Assembly (NCBI GenBank): GCA_905339405.1
Contig: CAJPGC010000030.1
Span: 43,956 to 107,955, forward strand
DNA length: 64,000 nt
Direction of reading: 5' to 3'
Source: an uncultured bacterium
GTDB taxonomy: Bacteria; Desulfobacterota; GWC2-55-46
Part shown: piece after piece, positions 27,496-37,221 of the stretch
Numbering within the stretch: position 1 is the first letter of the stretch
How the letters are laid out: each line of letters opens with the position of its first letter
Made by a program: the position numbers and the translations under genes
Notes under the pieces: model-generated
Told to the model about the DNA's origin: nothing
Databases searched by the model: none
Seen by the model: only the letters and a program-made list of their open reading frames with translations

Positions 27496-27506
27496 GGACA
27501 TCTAAA

Positions 27507-28652
27507 ATGAAAAGCTTCCTGAGGAACACAGCCAGGAATATAAGGCGCGGCGTCTTTCAGTTCAAGTGCACGGACTTTCTGAAAGAGGCCGACTCCGGGC
27601 TCTACGTGGAGGACTACTTCCACGAGATGGTCTGTCTTGAGCGGAGGCGGGCCGAGCGCTCGGGCAGGGCCTTTTTTCTGCTTCTCGCAGACCTCGAGGG
27701 CCTTTCGCATGAAAACAGAGCGGAAATCACGAGGCGTGCGGCTAAAAAGGTCACGGCGGCGACAAGGGAAATAGACCTAAAAGGCTGGTACAGCCAGGGA
27801 CACGTTCTCGGGGTCATACTGACCGAAACAGACAGAGACGGCGCTGAAAAGGTCAAAACGAAGCTCCTTGAAGGGTTCGGCGAAGCCGATGCCCTGGGCG
27901 CGGATGCGGAACTGGTGAAGGTCTCAGTACACGCTTTTCCCGAAGAAAAAGCCGCAGGCAAGAGAATACCGGAGGACCTGAAGCTCTACCCGGACCTCTC
28001 AACAAAAAAGAGCCTAAAAAAAAAGGGCACGCTCTTTAAAAGAGCAGTAGACATCGCCGGAAGCATCGGCGGGCTCATCCTGTTCTCCCCGTTTTTTTTG
28101 ATAATCCCGGCGCTCATAAAACTTACTTCAAAAGGCCCGGTCTTTTTCAGGCAGACACGCGTAGGAAGACTCGGGCAGAACTTCACGTTCCTGAAGTTCA
28201 GGTCGATGCACGCTGGCGCGGACCCGGCGATACACTCGGAGTACATCAAGAAGCTCATAAACGAGGACAGCGCCTGGAAAGGCGACGGAGAAAAAATTTA
28301 CAAGATAAGCGACGACCCGAGGGTCACCAGGGTCGGCAAGTTCCTCAGGAAGACGAGCCTGGACGAGCTGCCCCAGTTCCTGAACGTCCTTTCGGGCGAC
28401 ATGTCCCTCGTCGGCCCGCGCCCGCCGATACCGTATGAGATGGAGTCCTATGAACTGTGGCACTGGAGAAGGGTAATGGAAGCCAAACCCGGGCTCACCG
28501 GCCTCTGGCAGGTCTCCGGGAGAAGCACGAAATCCTATAACGAGATGGTCAGGCTTGACATACGGTACATGGACCGGTGGTCGTTGTGGCTCGACCTGAA
28601 GATAATATTCCTGACGCCGCTTGCGATGCTTTCAAGCAAGGACGCGTACTGA
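27507..28652 (+). CDS. Priming (undecaprenyl-phosphate) sugar transferase with an N-terminal degenerate GGDEF-like domain
   Basis: C-terminal part: [30 protein letters not shown] and [10 protein letters not shown]-terminal part: GLY..YF....[19 protein letters not shown]-x5-SQGHV and ILTETD. Confidence 0.9.
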   Translation: MKSFLRNTARNIRRGVFQFKCTDFLKEADSGLYVEDYFHEMVCLERRRAERSGRAFFLLLADLEGLSHENRAEITRRAAKKVTAATREIDLKGWYSQGHVLGVILTETDRDGAEKVKTKLLEGFGEADALGADAELVKVSVHAFPEEKAAGKRIPEDLKLYPDLSTKKSLKKKGTLFKRAVDIAGSIGGLILFSPFFLIIPALIKLTSKGPVFFRQTRVGRLGQNFTFLKFRSMHAGADPAIHSEYIKKLINEDSAWKGDGEKIYKISDDPRVTRVGKFLRKTSLDELPQFLNVLSGDMSLVGPRPPIPYEMESYELWHWRRVMEAKPGLTGLWQVSGRSTKSYNEMVRLDIRYMDRWSLWLDLKIIFLTPLAMLSSKDAY

Positions 28653-28672
28653 AACAAGGGGGGTGCGGCAAG

Positions 28673-29674
28673 ATGCTCAGAGTGGGAGTAGTCGGCTACG
28701 GTTACTGGGGGCCGAACATAGTAAGGAACTTCAACGCCTCCGAAAAGGCGAACGTAGTCGCCGTGTGCGACAAGAACGAAAACGCGCTCGGCAGGGTCAG
28801 ACGGAACTATCCCGGCATCAGGACGACCTCGGACATAAACGACATAGTGCGCTCGCCGGACATAGACATCGTGACGGTCATAACTCCGGTGAGCACCCAT
28901 TACGAACTCGCGAAGGCGGCCCTGGAGAACGGAAAGCACGTCTTCGTCGAAAAGCCGTTTACGTCGACCACCGCAGAGGCCGAGGAGCTCATCGAGCTTG
29001 CCGAAAAAAAAGGGCTGAAGCTGATGGTCGACCACACGTTCCTGTTCACGAGCGTCGTAAAGCGCATCAGGGAGATTATCGAGGAGAACGTCCTGGGCGA
29101 GCTCTATTACTACGATTCCACCAGGGTCAACCTCGGCCTGTTCCAAAGGGACGTCAACGTGATATGGGACCTCTCGCCGCACGACTTCTCCATAATGGAC
29201 TACCTCATCAAGGAACGGCCCCTTGCCATCGCGGCCGCTGGCAAAGCGCACATAAACTCTAAAGAAGACATCGCCTACATAATGGTCTACTTCAATAACA
29301 ACATAATAGCCCACTTCAACGTCAACTGGCTCTCCCCTGTGAAACTAAGAACGACCCTCATAGGCGGAGAAAAGAAGATGCTCGTCTGGAACGACGTCGA
29401 CGCCGACGAAAAACTCAAAGTATACGACAGAGGAGTAGAGATAAAGAGCAAGGAGGGCATCTACGACCTTCTGGTGAATTACCGCTCCGGGGACATGTGG
29501 GCTCCAAAGGTCGATCAGCTCGAGGCCCTGAGGCTCGAGACGGAATACTTCGTGGACTGCATAGAGAAGGACGAAACTCCATTCAACGACGGCCAGGCGG
29601 GCCTGCGCGTAGTAAGGATGCTGGAAGCCTGCGACAGGTCGCTCAAGAACAACGGGAGAATGGTATACCTATGA
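28673..29674 (+). CDS. Gfo/Idh/MocA oxidoreductase (NDP-sugar 3-dehydrogenase-like)
   Basis: GYGYWG, VEKP and WDLSPHD. Confidence 0.9.
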   Translation: MLRVGVVGYGYWGPNIVRNFNASEKANVVAVCDKNENALGRVRRNYPGIRTTSDINDIVRSPDIDIVTVITPVSTHYELAKAALENGKHVFVEKPFTSTTAEAEELIELAEKKGLKLMVDHTFLFTSVVKRIREIIEENVLGELYYYDSTRVNLGLFQRDVNVIWDLSPHDFSIMDYLIKERPLAIAAAGKAHINSKEDIAYIMVYFNNNIIAHFNVNWLSPVKLRTTLIGGEKKMLVWNDVDADEKLKVYDRGVEIKSKEGIYDLLVNYRSGDMWAPKVDQLEALRLETEYFVDCIEKDETPFNDGQAGLRVVRMLEACDRSLKNNGRMVYL

Positions 29675-30192
29675 ACTACGCGGCAAGGCTTAGACATATT
29701 CCGGAGGAGGAAAAAAGCTTCAACAGGATAGCGCCCGACGTCAAGCTCGGAGACGGCGTGGTCCTCAGCTCTTTCATAAACCTCTACGGCTGCTCCATCG
29801 GCGAGCGCACCAAGATCGGGGCATTCGTCGAAATACAGAAGAACGCGGCAATAGGGACTAACTGCAAGATCTCGAGCCATTCTTTCATATGCGAGGGAGT
29901 GACCATAGAGGACAACGTCTTCATCGGCCACGGCGTGACCTTCATAAATGACACATACCCCAGGGCCACGAACGGCGGGGGCGCACTCCAGACAGAGAGC
30001 GACTGGAAAGTCGAAAGGACCATCGTAAGGAAAGGCGCTTCAATCGGTTCAGGGGCGACCATTATGAGCAACGTCGTCATTGGAGAAAATTCGATAGTGG
30101 GGGCCGGAAGCATGGTTCTAAAAGACGTCCCCGCGAACAGCATAGTGGCCGGAAACCCGGCAAGACTCCTGAGGAGCATGGAAAATGAATAA
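29671..30192 (+). CDS. Hexapeptide-repeat N-acyltransferase (WbpD/QdtC-like)
   Basis: Left-handed beta-helix repeats, FINDTYPRA and VAGNPAR. Confidence 0.9.
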   Translation: MNYAARLRHIPEEEKSFNRIAPDVKLGDGVVLSSFINLYGCSIGERTKIGAFVEIQKNAAIGTNCKISSHSFICEGVTIEDNVFIGHGVTFINDTYPRATNGGGALQTESDWKVERTIVRKGASIGSGATIMSNVVIGENSIVGAGSMVLKDVPANSIVAGNPARLLRSMENE

Positions 30193-31384
30193 GACAGGCC
30201 AGATGACCGGATCATCCGACATACCCTTTCTCGACCTCGTCTCCCCCCACCTCGAACTCGAAGAAGAGCTCGTGGAGGTCTACAGGCGATCTTTGAGAAA
30301 CGCCGCATTCATAGGAGGCCCGGCTGTAGAGGGGTTCGAAAAGGACTTCGCCAGATTTTGCGGCGCATATCACTGCGCCGGGGTCAGCAGCGGCACGGAC
30401 GCGCTCAGGTTCGCCATCATGGCCTCCGGCGTAAAGCCGGGAGATACGGTCGTGACCGTCTCAAACACCTTCATCGCTACAGTCGAGGCCATAACCCAGG
30501 CCGGCGCGACGCCTGCGTTCGTCGACATCGACGAGGCGACTTTCAACATGGACCCCGAGCTCCTCGCGGAGTACCTCGAAGCCAGGTGCGATATTGGCTC
30601 TGACGGAAGGCCGGTTGACCGCAGGACCAAGAGCCCCGTCACCGCGGTCGTCCCTGTGCACCTGTACGGACAGGCCTGCCGGATGGACAGGATAATGGAG
30701 ATAGCTGAGCGTCATAAACTCAAGGTCATTGAAGACGCCTGCCAGGCCCACGGAGCCGAGTATTATTCGGAGAGGGAAAAAAGCTGGAAAAGGGCAGGCT
30801 CTATGGGCATTGCCGCGGCTTTCAGCTTCTACCCCGGGAAGAACCTCGGGGCCTGCGGCGAAGGCGGTGCCGTCACAACGATGGACGCGGGGATAGATTC
30901 GGCTTCAAGGATGCTGCGCGACCACGGGCAGACGCGGAAGTACCACCACGCGATGGAAGGCTATAACGGAAGGCTTGACTCGATACAGGCCGGGATTCTC
31001 GGCGTGAAGCTTAAAAAACTCGAAGCCTGGAACGATATGAGACGCCAGAGGGCCAGGACCTACGGAGAGCTCTTCGAAGGATGCGCGGATGTCATAACTC
31101 CTGAAGAGCCCTCGGGGTCAAAGGCGGTATGGCACCTGTACGTCGTGCGCGTAAAAGAAAGGGACGCACTGCAAAAGCGCCTTTCAGAAAACGGCGTCGG
31201 CACCGGCCTCCATTACCCGGTTCCCCTTCACCTCCAGAAGGCCTGCGAGCGTTACGGATACAGGAGGGGCGAGCTTCCAGTGACCGAGAGGCTCTCGGAG
31301 GAGATACTTTCACTGCCGATGTTCCCGGGGTTGACCTGCGGCCAGCAGGAGCGCGTCGCCGAGCTCATCCTCGGCGGCCGCTGA
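30185..31384 (+). CDS. DegT/DnrJ/EryC1/StrS aminotransferase
   Basis: SGTDAL, PVHLYGQ, EDACQAHG and SFYPGKNLG. Confidence 0.95.
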   Translation: MNKTGQMTGSSDIPFLDLVSPHLELEEELVEVYRRSLRNAAFIGGPAVEGFEKDFARFCGAYHCAGVSSGTDALRFAIMASGVKPGDTVVTVSNTFIATVEAITQAGATPAFVDIDEATFNMDPELLAEYLEARCDIGSDGRPVDRRTKSPVTAVVPVHLYGQACRMDRIMEIAERHKLKVIEDACQAHGAEYYSEREKSWKRAGSMGIAAAFSFYPGKNLGACGEGGAVTTMDAGIDSASRMLRDHGQTRKYHHAMEGYNGRLDSIQAGILGVKLKKLEAWNDMRRQRARTYGELFEGCADVITPEEPSGSKAVWHLYVVRVKERDALQKRLSENGVGTGLHYPVPLHLQKACERYGYRRGELPVTERLSEEILSLPMFPGLTCGQQERVAELILGGR

Positions 31385-31392
31385 GGAACCCG

Positions 31393-32706
31393 TTGTCCAT
31401 AGGTTTCATAACCCATATCCTCGAGACCAAGGGCCTCGTGCATTCCATCGAGCGTTCTGCCCAGGTCTTCTACCGCTATTCATTTGGCAGAAAGAGATTT
31501 TCAGAGATGATGAACTGCCTCGAAAGGAACCTCGGGACCGAGGGTATACGGGTCACTTTCTGCATCACGGCGAGCCTGCTGGACAGCCACCTGCCCTTTC
31601 TCGAGATGTTCAAGGGGCTCGGGCACGAATTCGCTGCCCACGGCTTTTTCCACACCAACATGAAAAAAAAGAGCCTGGACGAGCAGCACCAGATACTCTC
31701 CCAGAGCTACAGCGCTTTCGAGAAGCTCAAGATAGAAGTCTACGGCTTCAGGTGCCCGTACCTGAGCTACAACGAGAACACGCTCACGGCGCTTAAGCAA
31801 AGCCAGTTCATGTGGACGAGCAACAACGTAGTCTTCTGGGACGGCTTCAATGCCGGCGGCGGAAGGGCCAGGGAACATATAAAAAAACTGGAACTCCTGT
31901 ACAGCACTACCTCTTCAGAAAGATGCATATCGGTTCCGTCGCGCATCGGCAAGCTCATCGACATCCCCATAAGCGCGCCTGACGACGAGATGCTTATCGA
32001 GAGGTGCAGGATACGGGACAGGGAAGAGATAGCGCGCATCTGGAAAGGCGTCTTCTCGAGGATAAACTCGAGAGGCGAGCTTTTCCACCTCCTTTTCCAC
32101 CCTGAGCGCTTCAGGCAGATAGAGGAGCCGCTGCGCGCTACCATCGCGGAAGCCAGGAGCCAGACCTCTCCGGTATGGTTCCCTACACTCAACGAACTTA
32201 CAGTATGGTGGGGAAGGCGCGCGGCCGCCAGATGGGAAGTACAGGAAAAGAACGGCTCCCCTTCCATAAGGTTCACCGGGCCCCAGGAGGCCACCCTCCT
32301 CATCAAGTCCTCCACTGCAAAAAGGAACGGGCAGGTCTGCGGGCTCTATGCCCCGGCCCCGGAGAGACAGGCCGGACAGTGGCGGGTAATAGATACGGAC
32401 GACGGATGGAAGCACGTCGTCGAGCTCTCAAAAAGGTGCTCGCCTGAGGTGGAGCGTTTTCTTAACGAGGAAGGCTTCATAACCGCGCGTGTCGACTACC
32501 CGCACAGGAACTCACTGTACATAGACGGTTTCGAAAGTTTCGACCCGGAGGAAAGGCGCATGCTCCTGGACATCGTTGACAATTCGAACTTCCCTCTCCT
32601 GAGGCTCTGGAGATGGCCCCACGGCGCGCAGTCGGCCTTTACAGTTTCCTCTGACGTCGACTCCATAGACATCCCTGACTTTTTCAGGAGGTTCATAAAC
32701 TTCTGA
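31393..32706 (+). CDS. Polysaccharide deacetylase family protein (TTG start inferred)
   Basis: HGFFH, FRCPYL and LLFHPE; C-terminal WP.G..SAFTVSSDVD. Confidence 0.8.
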   Translation: MSIGFITHILETKGLVHSIERSAQVFYRYSFGRKRFSEMMNCLERNLGTEGIRVTFCITASLLDSHLPFLEMFKGLGHEFAAHGFFHTNMKKKSLDEQHQILSQSYSAFEKLKIEVYGFRCPYLSYNENTLTALKQSQFMWTSNNVVFWDGFNAGGGRAREHIKKLELLYSTTSSERCISVPSRIGKLIDIPISAPDDEMLIERCRIRDREEIARIWKGVFSRINSRGELFHLLFHPERFRQIEEPLRATIAEARSQTSPVWFPTLNELTVWWGRRAAARWEVQEKNGSPSIRFTGPQEATLLIKSSTAKRNGQVCGLYAPAPERQAGQWRVIDTDDGWKHVVELSKRCSPEVERFLNEEGFITARVDYPHRNSLYIDGFESFDPEERRMLLDIVDNSNFPLLRLWRWPHGAQSAFTVSSDVDSIDIPDFFRRFINF

Positions 32707-33773
32707 GCGAGCTCGCCCCCTACAACCTGCGCGTCTGCTCTCTTGGCGAGATAGGCGAGGAGAACTGGCTCTCTTTCATCTCTTCGAGGCCTTCGACCAT
32801 CTACCACCACCCGAGATGGCACAGGGCCATTGAACTCACGTACGGTATAAAGCCGCTATACGTCGTCATGACGGACGCCAGCGGGGTCATGAACGCCGCT
32901 GTCCCTGGGGCGCTGGTGAGGTCGATGACAGGGGCGAGAAGGTTCGTCTCTTATCCGTTTTCAGACGTATGCGGCCCGGTTGCCGACGGGCCGCTGGAAT
33001 CCGGTGCCATCGCCGCAGCGCTCTCCTCCGGAAAAGGGCTTCATGGAAAAACATGGACACGCTCAGAACTCCGCATCGAGAACGGCGGCTCCGTTGAGAG
33101 GTACTCCGAATACCAGGGATACTCAAGCCATATCTTAAGGCTCGGGCGCCCAATCGACGACATCTTCGCCGCATTTCACAAGGACTGCGTCCAGAGAAGG
33201 ATAAAAAAGGCTTTCAGGTCCGGGCTCGAGGTCTTCGATGGCTCCACCATCTCAGACATGAGAGATTTTTACAGGCTCCACCTCATGACGCGCAAAAAGC
33301 TCGGCGCGCCAGTGCAGCCGTTCTCCTTTTTCAGGAACTTGCGCCAGCTCCTCACTCCCGGCGGACATATCTCGGTCCTTATCGTGAAAAAGGGTAAAAA
33401 GCCGGTGTCCGGGCTTGTGCTGCTCAGGTACGGCAAGCGTGCCTCGTACAAGTTCGCAGCGTCGGATGAAAGCTTCCTCAGCCTCGGCGGCAACCAGCTG
33501 GCAATCTGGACTGCTATCAGGAAGGCCTCTGACGACGGACTTCTCGAGTTCGACTTCGGCAGGAGCTTTTCCGGCAACAGCGGCCTCAACGGTTTCAAAG
33601 CCAGGTGGGGGGCCGAAGAGGTGCGGCTCAGCTACCTTTACAGCCCTGAAAAGAGCGCGGGCCTCAAGGATGAAGGCGGCAGCTGCGCTAAAGTCGCCAG
33701 CGCGCTCTTTAAAAGCCTCCCGCCGTTCTCCAACAGGCTCATAGGCAGGCTCTTTTACAAGTACCTTGCCTGA
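32703..33773 (+). CDS. FemAB-like GNAT-family protein (probable CTG start)
   Basis: TIYHHPRW...TYG, SYPFSDVCGP, FDFGRS and FKARWGA. The frame is open upstream of ATG 32868 to CTG 32703. Confidence 0.82.
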   Translation: MSELAPYNLRVCSLGEIGEENWLSFISSRPSTIYHHPRWHRAIELTYGIKPLYVVMTDASGVMNAAVPGALVRSMTGARRFVSYPFSDVCGPVADGPLESGAIAAALSSGKGLHGKTWTRSELRIENGGSVERYSEYQGYSSHILRLGRPIDDIFAAFHKDCVQRRIKKAFRSGLEVFDGSTISDMRDFYRLHLMTRKKLGAPVQPFSFFRNLRQLLTPGGHISVLIVKKGKKPVSGLVLLRYGKRASYKFAASDESFLSLGGNQLAIWTAIRKASDDGLLEFDFGRSFSGNSGLNGFKARWGAEEVRLSYLYSPEKSAGLKDEGGSCAKVASALFKSLPPFSNRLIGRLFYKYLA

Positions 33774-33784
33774 AGAGGAAGATA

Positions 33785-35101
33785 ATGGAAGACTTCAATC
33801 AAATACACCCAGCGTCGCTGGTGTTCGCCCTTGTTTCGGGTTTTCTGATGCTCCTGCTGCCGAAGAGGGCCGCGATGGTACCTCTCCTTTTCGCGGTCGT
33901 TTTCATCCCGCTCCAGCAGAGGGTCGTCATTTTCACGCTCGACTTTTTTGTGCTGCGCATACTGGTCCTGTTCGGCTGGGTGCGCGTCATGATGCGCGGG
34001 GAATTCCAGGGCATCGTCCTGAACCGCGTCGACAAGCTCATGATCCTGTGGACCCTCTCCAGCATCGTCATGTACACGATATTGTGGAAGACCTCGGGAG
34101 CGTTCATAAACAGGCTCGGGATTTCCTTCGACATAATCGGCGTCTACTTCCTTACGAGATTCCTCGTCCGCGACCTTGACGACATAGTATGGGTCATCAA
34201 GACCCTCGCCGTCGTTTCTCTGCCGGTCGCGGCTGCGATGATAGTCGAGAGGACGACCGGCAGAAACCTTTTCTCGCTGCTTGGCGGGGTCCCGGACTAC
34301 ACGATAATAAGGGACGGCAAGCTCCGCTGTCAGGGCGCCTTTTCGCATTCGATAACCGCGGGCTCATTCAGCGCCTCGCTTCTCCCGCTCTTCTGGGCCG
34401 CCAGGAAATACGGCAAAAGCCGCCACCTGCTAATGTACGTTGGCATGGCCGCGGCCGCGCTCATAACGATAAGCACCTCGTCGAGCGGCCCGGCGCTCTC
34501 TTTCATCGCGGGGGTCGTCGGCATACTCATGTGGCGCTTCAGGGACAGGATGCGCCAGGTAAGATGGGGACTCGCGCTGACTCTGATCGGCCTGCACATC
34601 GTGATGAACGCGCCTGTCTGGGCGCTTATCCTGAAGGTCAAGATATTCGGCGCTTCGACCGCCTACCACAGGTACAGGCTTTTCGACCAGTTCGTCAACA
34701 GGTTCGGCGAGTGGTGGCTCTACGGCGTTAAATCGACCGCCTCATGGGGTTTCTGGCTCTTCGACGTCACAAACCACTTCATAAGGATCGCCGTGGACGG
34801 CGGCCTCATAACGCTCGTCCTTTTCATCGCGATACTCTCGTACTGCTTCCAGTCAGTCGGCAGGGCACTGAAGTCGGGCAGCCTGAACGCCGACAACGAA
34901 AAAATCGTCTGGGCGCTCGGGGCCTCGCTGTTCGTGCACATAATATCGTTTTTCGGCGTTTCGTACTTCGACCAGATAAGGGTCATTCTCTATCTCAACC
35001 TCGCCCTGCTGGGGACGGTAAGGGCCCTGACCGAAAAAGAGGCCTTGAAGAAACAGGTCGAGGCGAAGCAGGCCCTGAAAACAGTCGAGTCCCCCGCCTG
35101 A
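33785..35101 (+). CDS. Wzy-like polymerase / O-antigen ligase family membrane protein
   Basis: Many TMs, RCQGAFSHSI, SSSGP, and YHR...DVTNHF..GGL periplasmic loop. Confidence 0.8.
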   Translation: MEDFNQIHPASLVFALVSGFLMLLLPKRAAMVPLLFAVVFIPLQQRVVIFTLDFFVLRILVLFGWVRVMMRGEFQGIVLNRVDKLMILWTLSSIVMYTILWKTSGAFINRLGISFDIIGVYFLTRFLVRDLDDIVWVIKTLAVVSLPVAAAMIVERTTGRNLFSLLGGVPDYTIIRDGKLRCQGAFSHSITAGSFSASLLPLFWAARKYGKSRHLLMYVGMAAAALITISTSSSGPALSFIAGVVGILMWRFRDRMRQVRWGLALTLIGLHIVMNAPVWALILKVKIFGASTAYHRYRLFDQFVNRFGEWWLYGVKSTASWGFWLFDVTNHFIRIAVDGGLITLVLFIAILSYCFQSVGRALKSGSLNADNEKIVWALGASLFVHIISFFGVSYFDQIRVILYLNLALLGTVRALTEKEALKKQVEAKQALKTVESPA

Positions 35102-36000
35102 TGCCGGAAGTTTCGATAATAATCGTCAGCTGGAACGCGAAGGAATACCTGGTCGGATGCCTGATGTCGCTGTACGAGGATGAGCTCGACAGAACCGAGA
35201 TAATCGTCGTGGACAACGGCTCGTCTGACGGCTCTCCTGAAGCGGTAGAAGAGCTCTTCCCCGAGGTCACGGTTATAAGGGCGGGAGAAAACCTCGGCTT
35301 CGCAAAGGCGAACAACGTCGGCATAATGTCAAGCAAAGGGAAGTACGTCTGCCTCATAAACTCTGATGTCGTGGTGCTAGGCGGCTGCCTTGACGCGTTG
35401 AAAAGACGCATGGACTCGGATGAGTCAGCCGGGCTCGTCTGCCCGAAGGTACTGAACCCTGACATGACGCTACAGCCCACGCTGAGGCGCTTTCCTTCAC
35501 TTAAAGGCGCGCTTTTTTCGGCCATAGGGCTCGACAACTTGAATTACCTGCCGCATGACGCCGTAACCGAGGCGGAAGCGGTAAGCGGCTGTTTCATGCT
35601 CGTCCGCAGGGCCGCGATAAACCAGGCGGGCCTCCTCGATGAAAGGTTTTTCTTCTATGCTGAGGACAAGGACTGGTGCAGGCGGTTGAAAGACAGCGGC
35701 TGGAAGATAATATACCTGCCCGAGGCAAACGCGATCCATTACGGCGGCTCGAGCTCCGCGTCAGCGCCGGTGAGGTTTTACATCGAACTCCACAAGGCAA
35801 ACCTCAAGTACTGGCAGAAGCACCACGGAGAGGCCCGTACGTCGGTCTATCTCGCCATAGTGATGCTCCACCAGGCTTTAAGGCTCATGAGCGCGGCCGC
35901 CATATTCGCGCTCATGCCTGGCAGGCGCGTGGGTGAAGCGAACAAGGTCAAAAGAAGCGCAGCCTGCATCAGATGGCTGATGTCGGGAAAAGATGCCTGA
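35101..36000 (+). CDS. GT2 glycosyltransferase
   Basis: VSIIIVSWN, VDNGSSD, NLGFAKANN, NSD and YAEDKD. Confidence 0.92.
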   Translation: MPEVSIIIVSWNAKEYLVGCLMSLYEDELDRTEIIVVDNGSSDGSPEAVEELFPEVTVIRAGENLGFAKANNVGIMSSKGKYVCLINSDVVVLGGCLDALKRRMDSDESAGLVCPKVLNPDMTLQPTLRRFPSLKGALFSAIGLDNLNYLPHDAVTEAEAVSGCFMLVRRAAINQAGLLDERFFFYAEDKDWCRRLKDSGWKIIYLPEANAIHYGGSSSASAPVRFYIELHKANLKYWQKHHGEARTSVYLAIVMLHQALRLMSAAAIFALMPGRRVGEANKVKRSAACIRWLMSGKDA

Positions 36001-36018
36001 AGAAATGGAGACGCTCGA

Positions 36019-37221
36019 ATGGCCAGGATAGCCATGGTCGTCTTTTCCTACTACCCCGCCGACCCCAGGGTCAGGCGCGAAGCAGAGGTACTGGAGCGCG
36101 CGGGCCACAGCGTCGACGTGCTGTGCCTGAAGAAAAACGGAGAGACGGGCTTTGAGTCTCTCGGCTCGGTAAACGCGTACAGGGTGATGGCGGGCTCTGA
36201 GAACAAGGAGAGCCTGCTGAAGTACTTCGCCCTCTCCTCTGTCTTCGGCCTGGCTTCCCTTTTAAAGCTCGCCGCGCTTTCGCTCAAGCAGAGGTACGCA
36301 CTCGTGCAGGTCCACAACATGCCCGACTTTCTTGTCTTCGCGGCGTTCTTCCACAAGCTGAGGGGTGTACCCGTTGTGCTGGACCTCCACGACCTCACCG
36401 TAGAGCTTTTCGAATCAAAGACGGCCGGCAGGCCCCTTAAGGCCCTCCTTGGTTTCGTCAAGGCCGTGGAAAGGCTCTCCTGCGCTTTCGCGGACCAGCT
36501 CATCACCACGAGCGCGGGTTTCAGGAACAAGCTCATAGAGCGCGGAGTAAAGCCCGGAAAAGTCACGCTGGTCCTCAATTCCGCAGACGACAGGATATTC
36601 AGCCTGCCGCCTCCGAGGGCGTGGGAGAAGATAAAAAACGGGCCGGTCCTCCTCTATCACGGGACCGTTGCGAAACGGTTCGGCCTGCACGTCGCCATTG
36701 AGGCTGTTGAGAGCCTCAGGCGTGTGTACCCCGGCGCGAGGCTCAACATATACGGTAAATACGACCCATCGTATAAAGCGGAACTCGAAGAGCTCGCCGC
36801 CAGAAAAGGCCTCGAGTCCTCGGTCAGCATCAACGGCTTTCTCCCGCTGGACAAGGTCTCCTCTGAGATAGCCTCTTCGGACATAGGAGTCGTCCCGTAC
36901 CTCAGCGACCCGTTCATGAACCTGGCCCTCTCGACCAAGATATTCGAGTACGTCTCAATGGGCATGCCGGTCGTGGCGGCAGGGCTCGATTCGATAAAGG
37001 AGATTTTCGGCGAGGGCTCGATAAAGTACTTCAGGCCCGGCGACCCGGAAGACATGTCGGAGAAGATTGCGGAGTTTTGCACGCGGCCTGAAGAGCGAAG
37101 GGCCTTCTCGGAAAAGGCGCAGAACGCGTATTCGTCCGTAGCATGGCCGATAATGTCAAACAGGTATCTTGAAACGGTAAATACGCTCATATCGGGGATA
37201 AAGCCGGATGTCCAGCACTGA
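36019..37221 (+). CDS. GT4 glycosyltransferase
   Basis: DPRVRRE, HNMPD, LDLHD and KIFEY..MG.PVV. Confidence 0.92.
   Translation: MARIAMVVFSYYPADPRVRREAEVLERAGHSVDVLCLKKNGETGFESLGSVNAYRVMAGSENKESLLKYFALSSVFGLASLLKLAALSLKQRYALVQVHNMPDFLVFAAFFHKLRGVPVVLDLHDLTVELFESKTAGRPLKALLGFVKAVERLSCAFADQLITTSAGFRNKLIERGVKPGKVTLVLNSADDRIFSLPPPRAWEKIKNGPVLLYHGTVAKRFGLHVAIEAVESLRRVYPGARLNIYGKYDPSYKAELEELAARKGLESSVSINGFLPLDKVSSEIASSDIGVVPYLSDPFMNLALSTKIFEYVSMGMPVVAAGLDSIKEIFGEGSIKYFRPGDPEDMSEKIAEFCTRPEERRAFSEKAQNAYSSVAWPIMSNRYLETVNTLISGIKPDVQH

Noticed and set aside
27436-27502. CRISPR-like repeat
   Set aside because: Only two short copies and no cas genes; better explained as duplicated ops elements.
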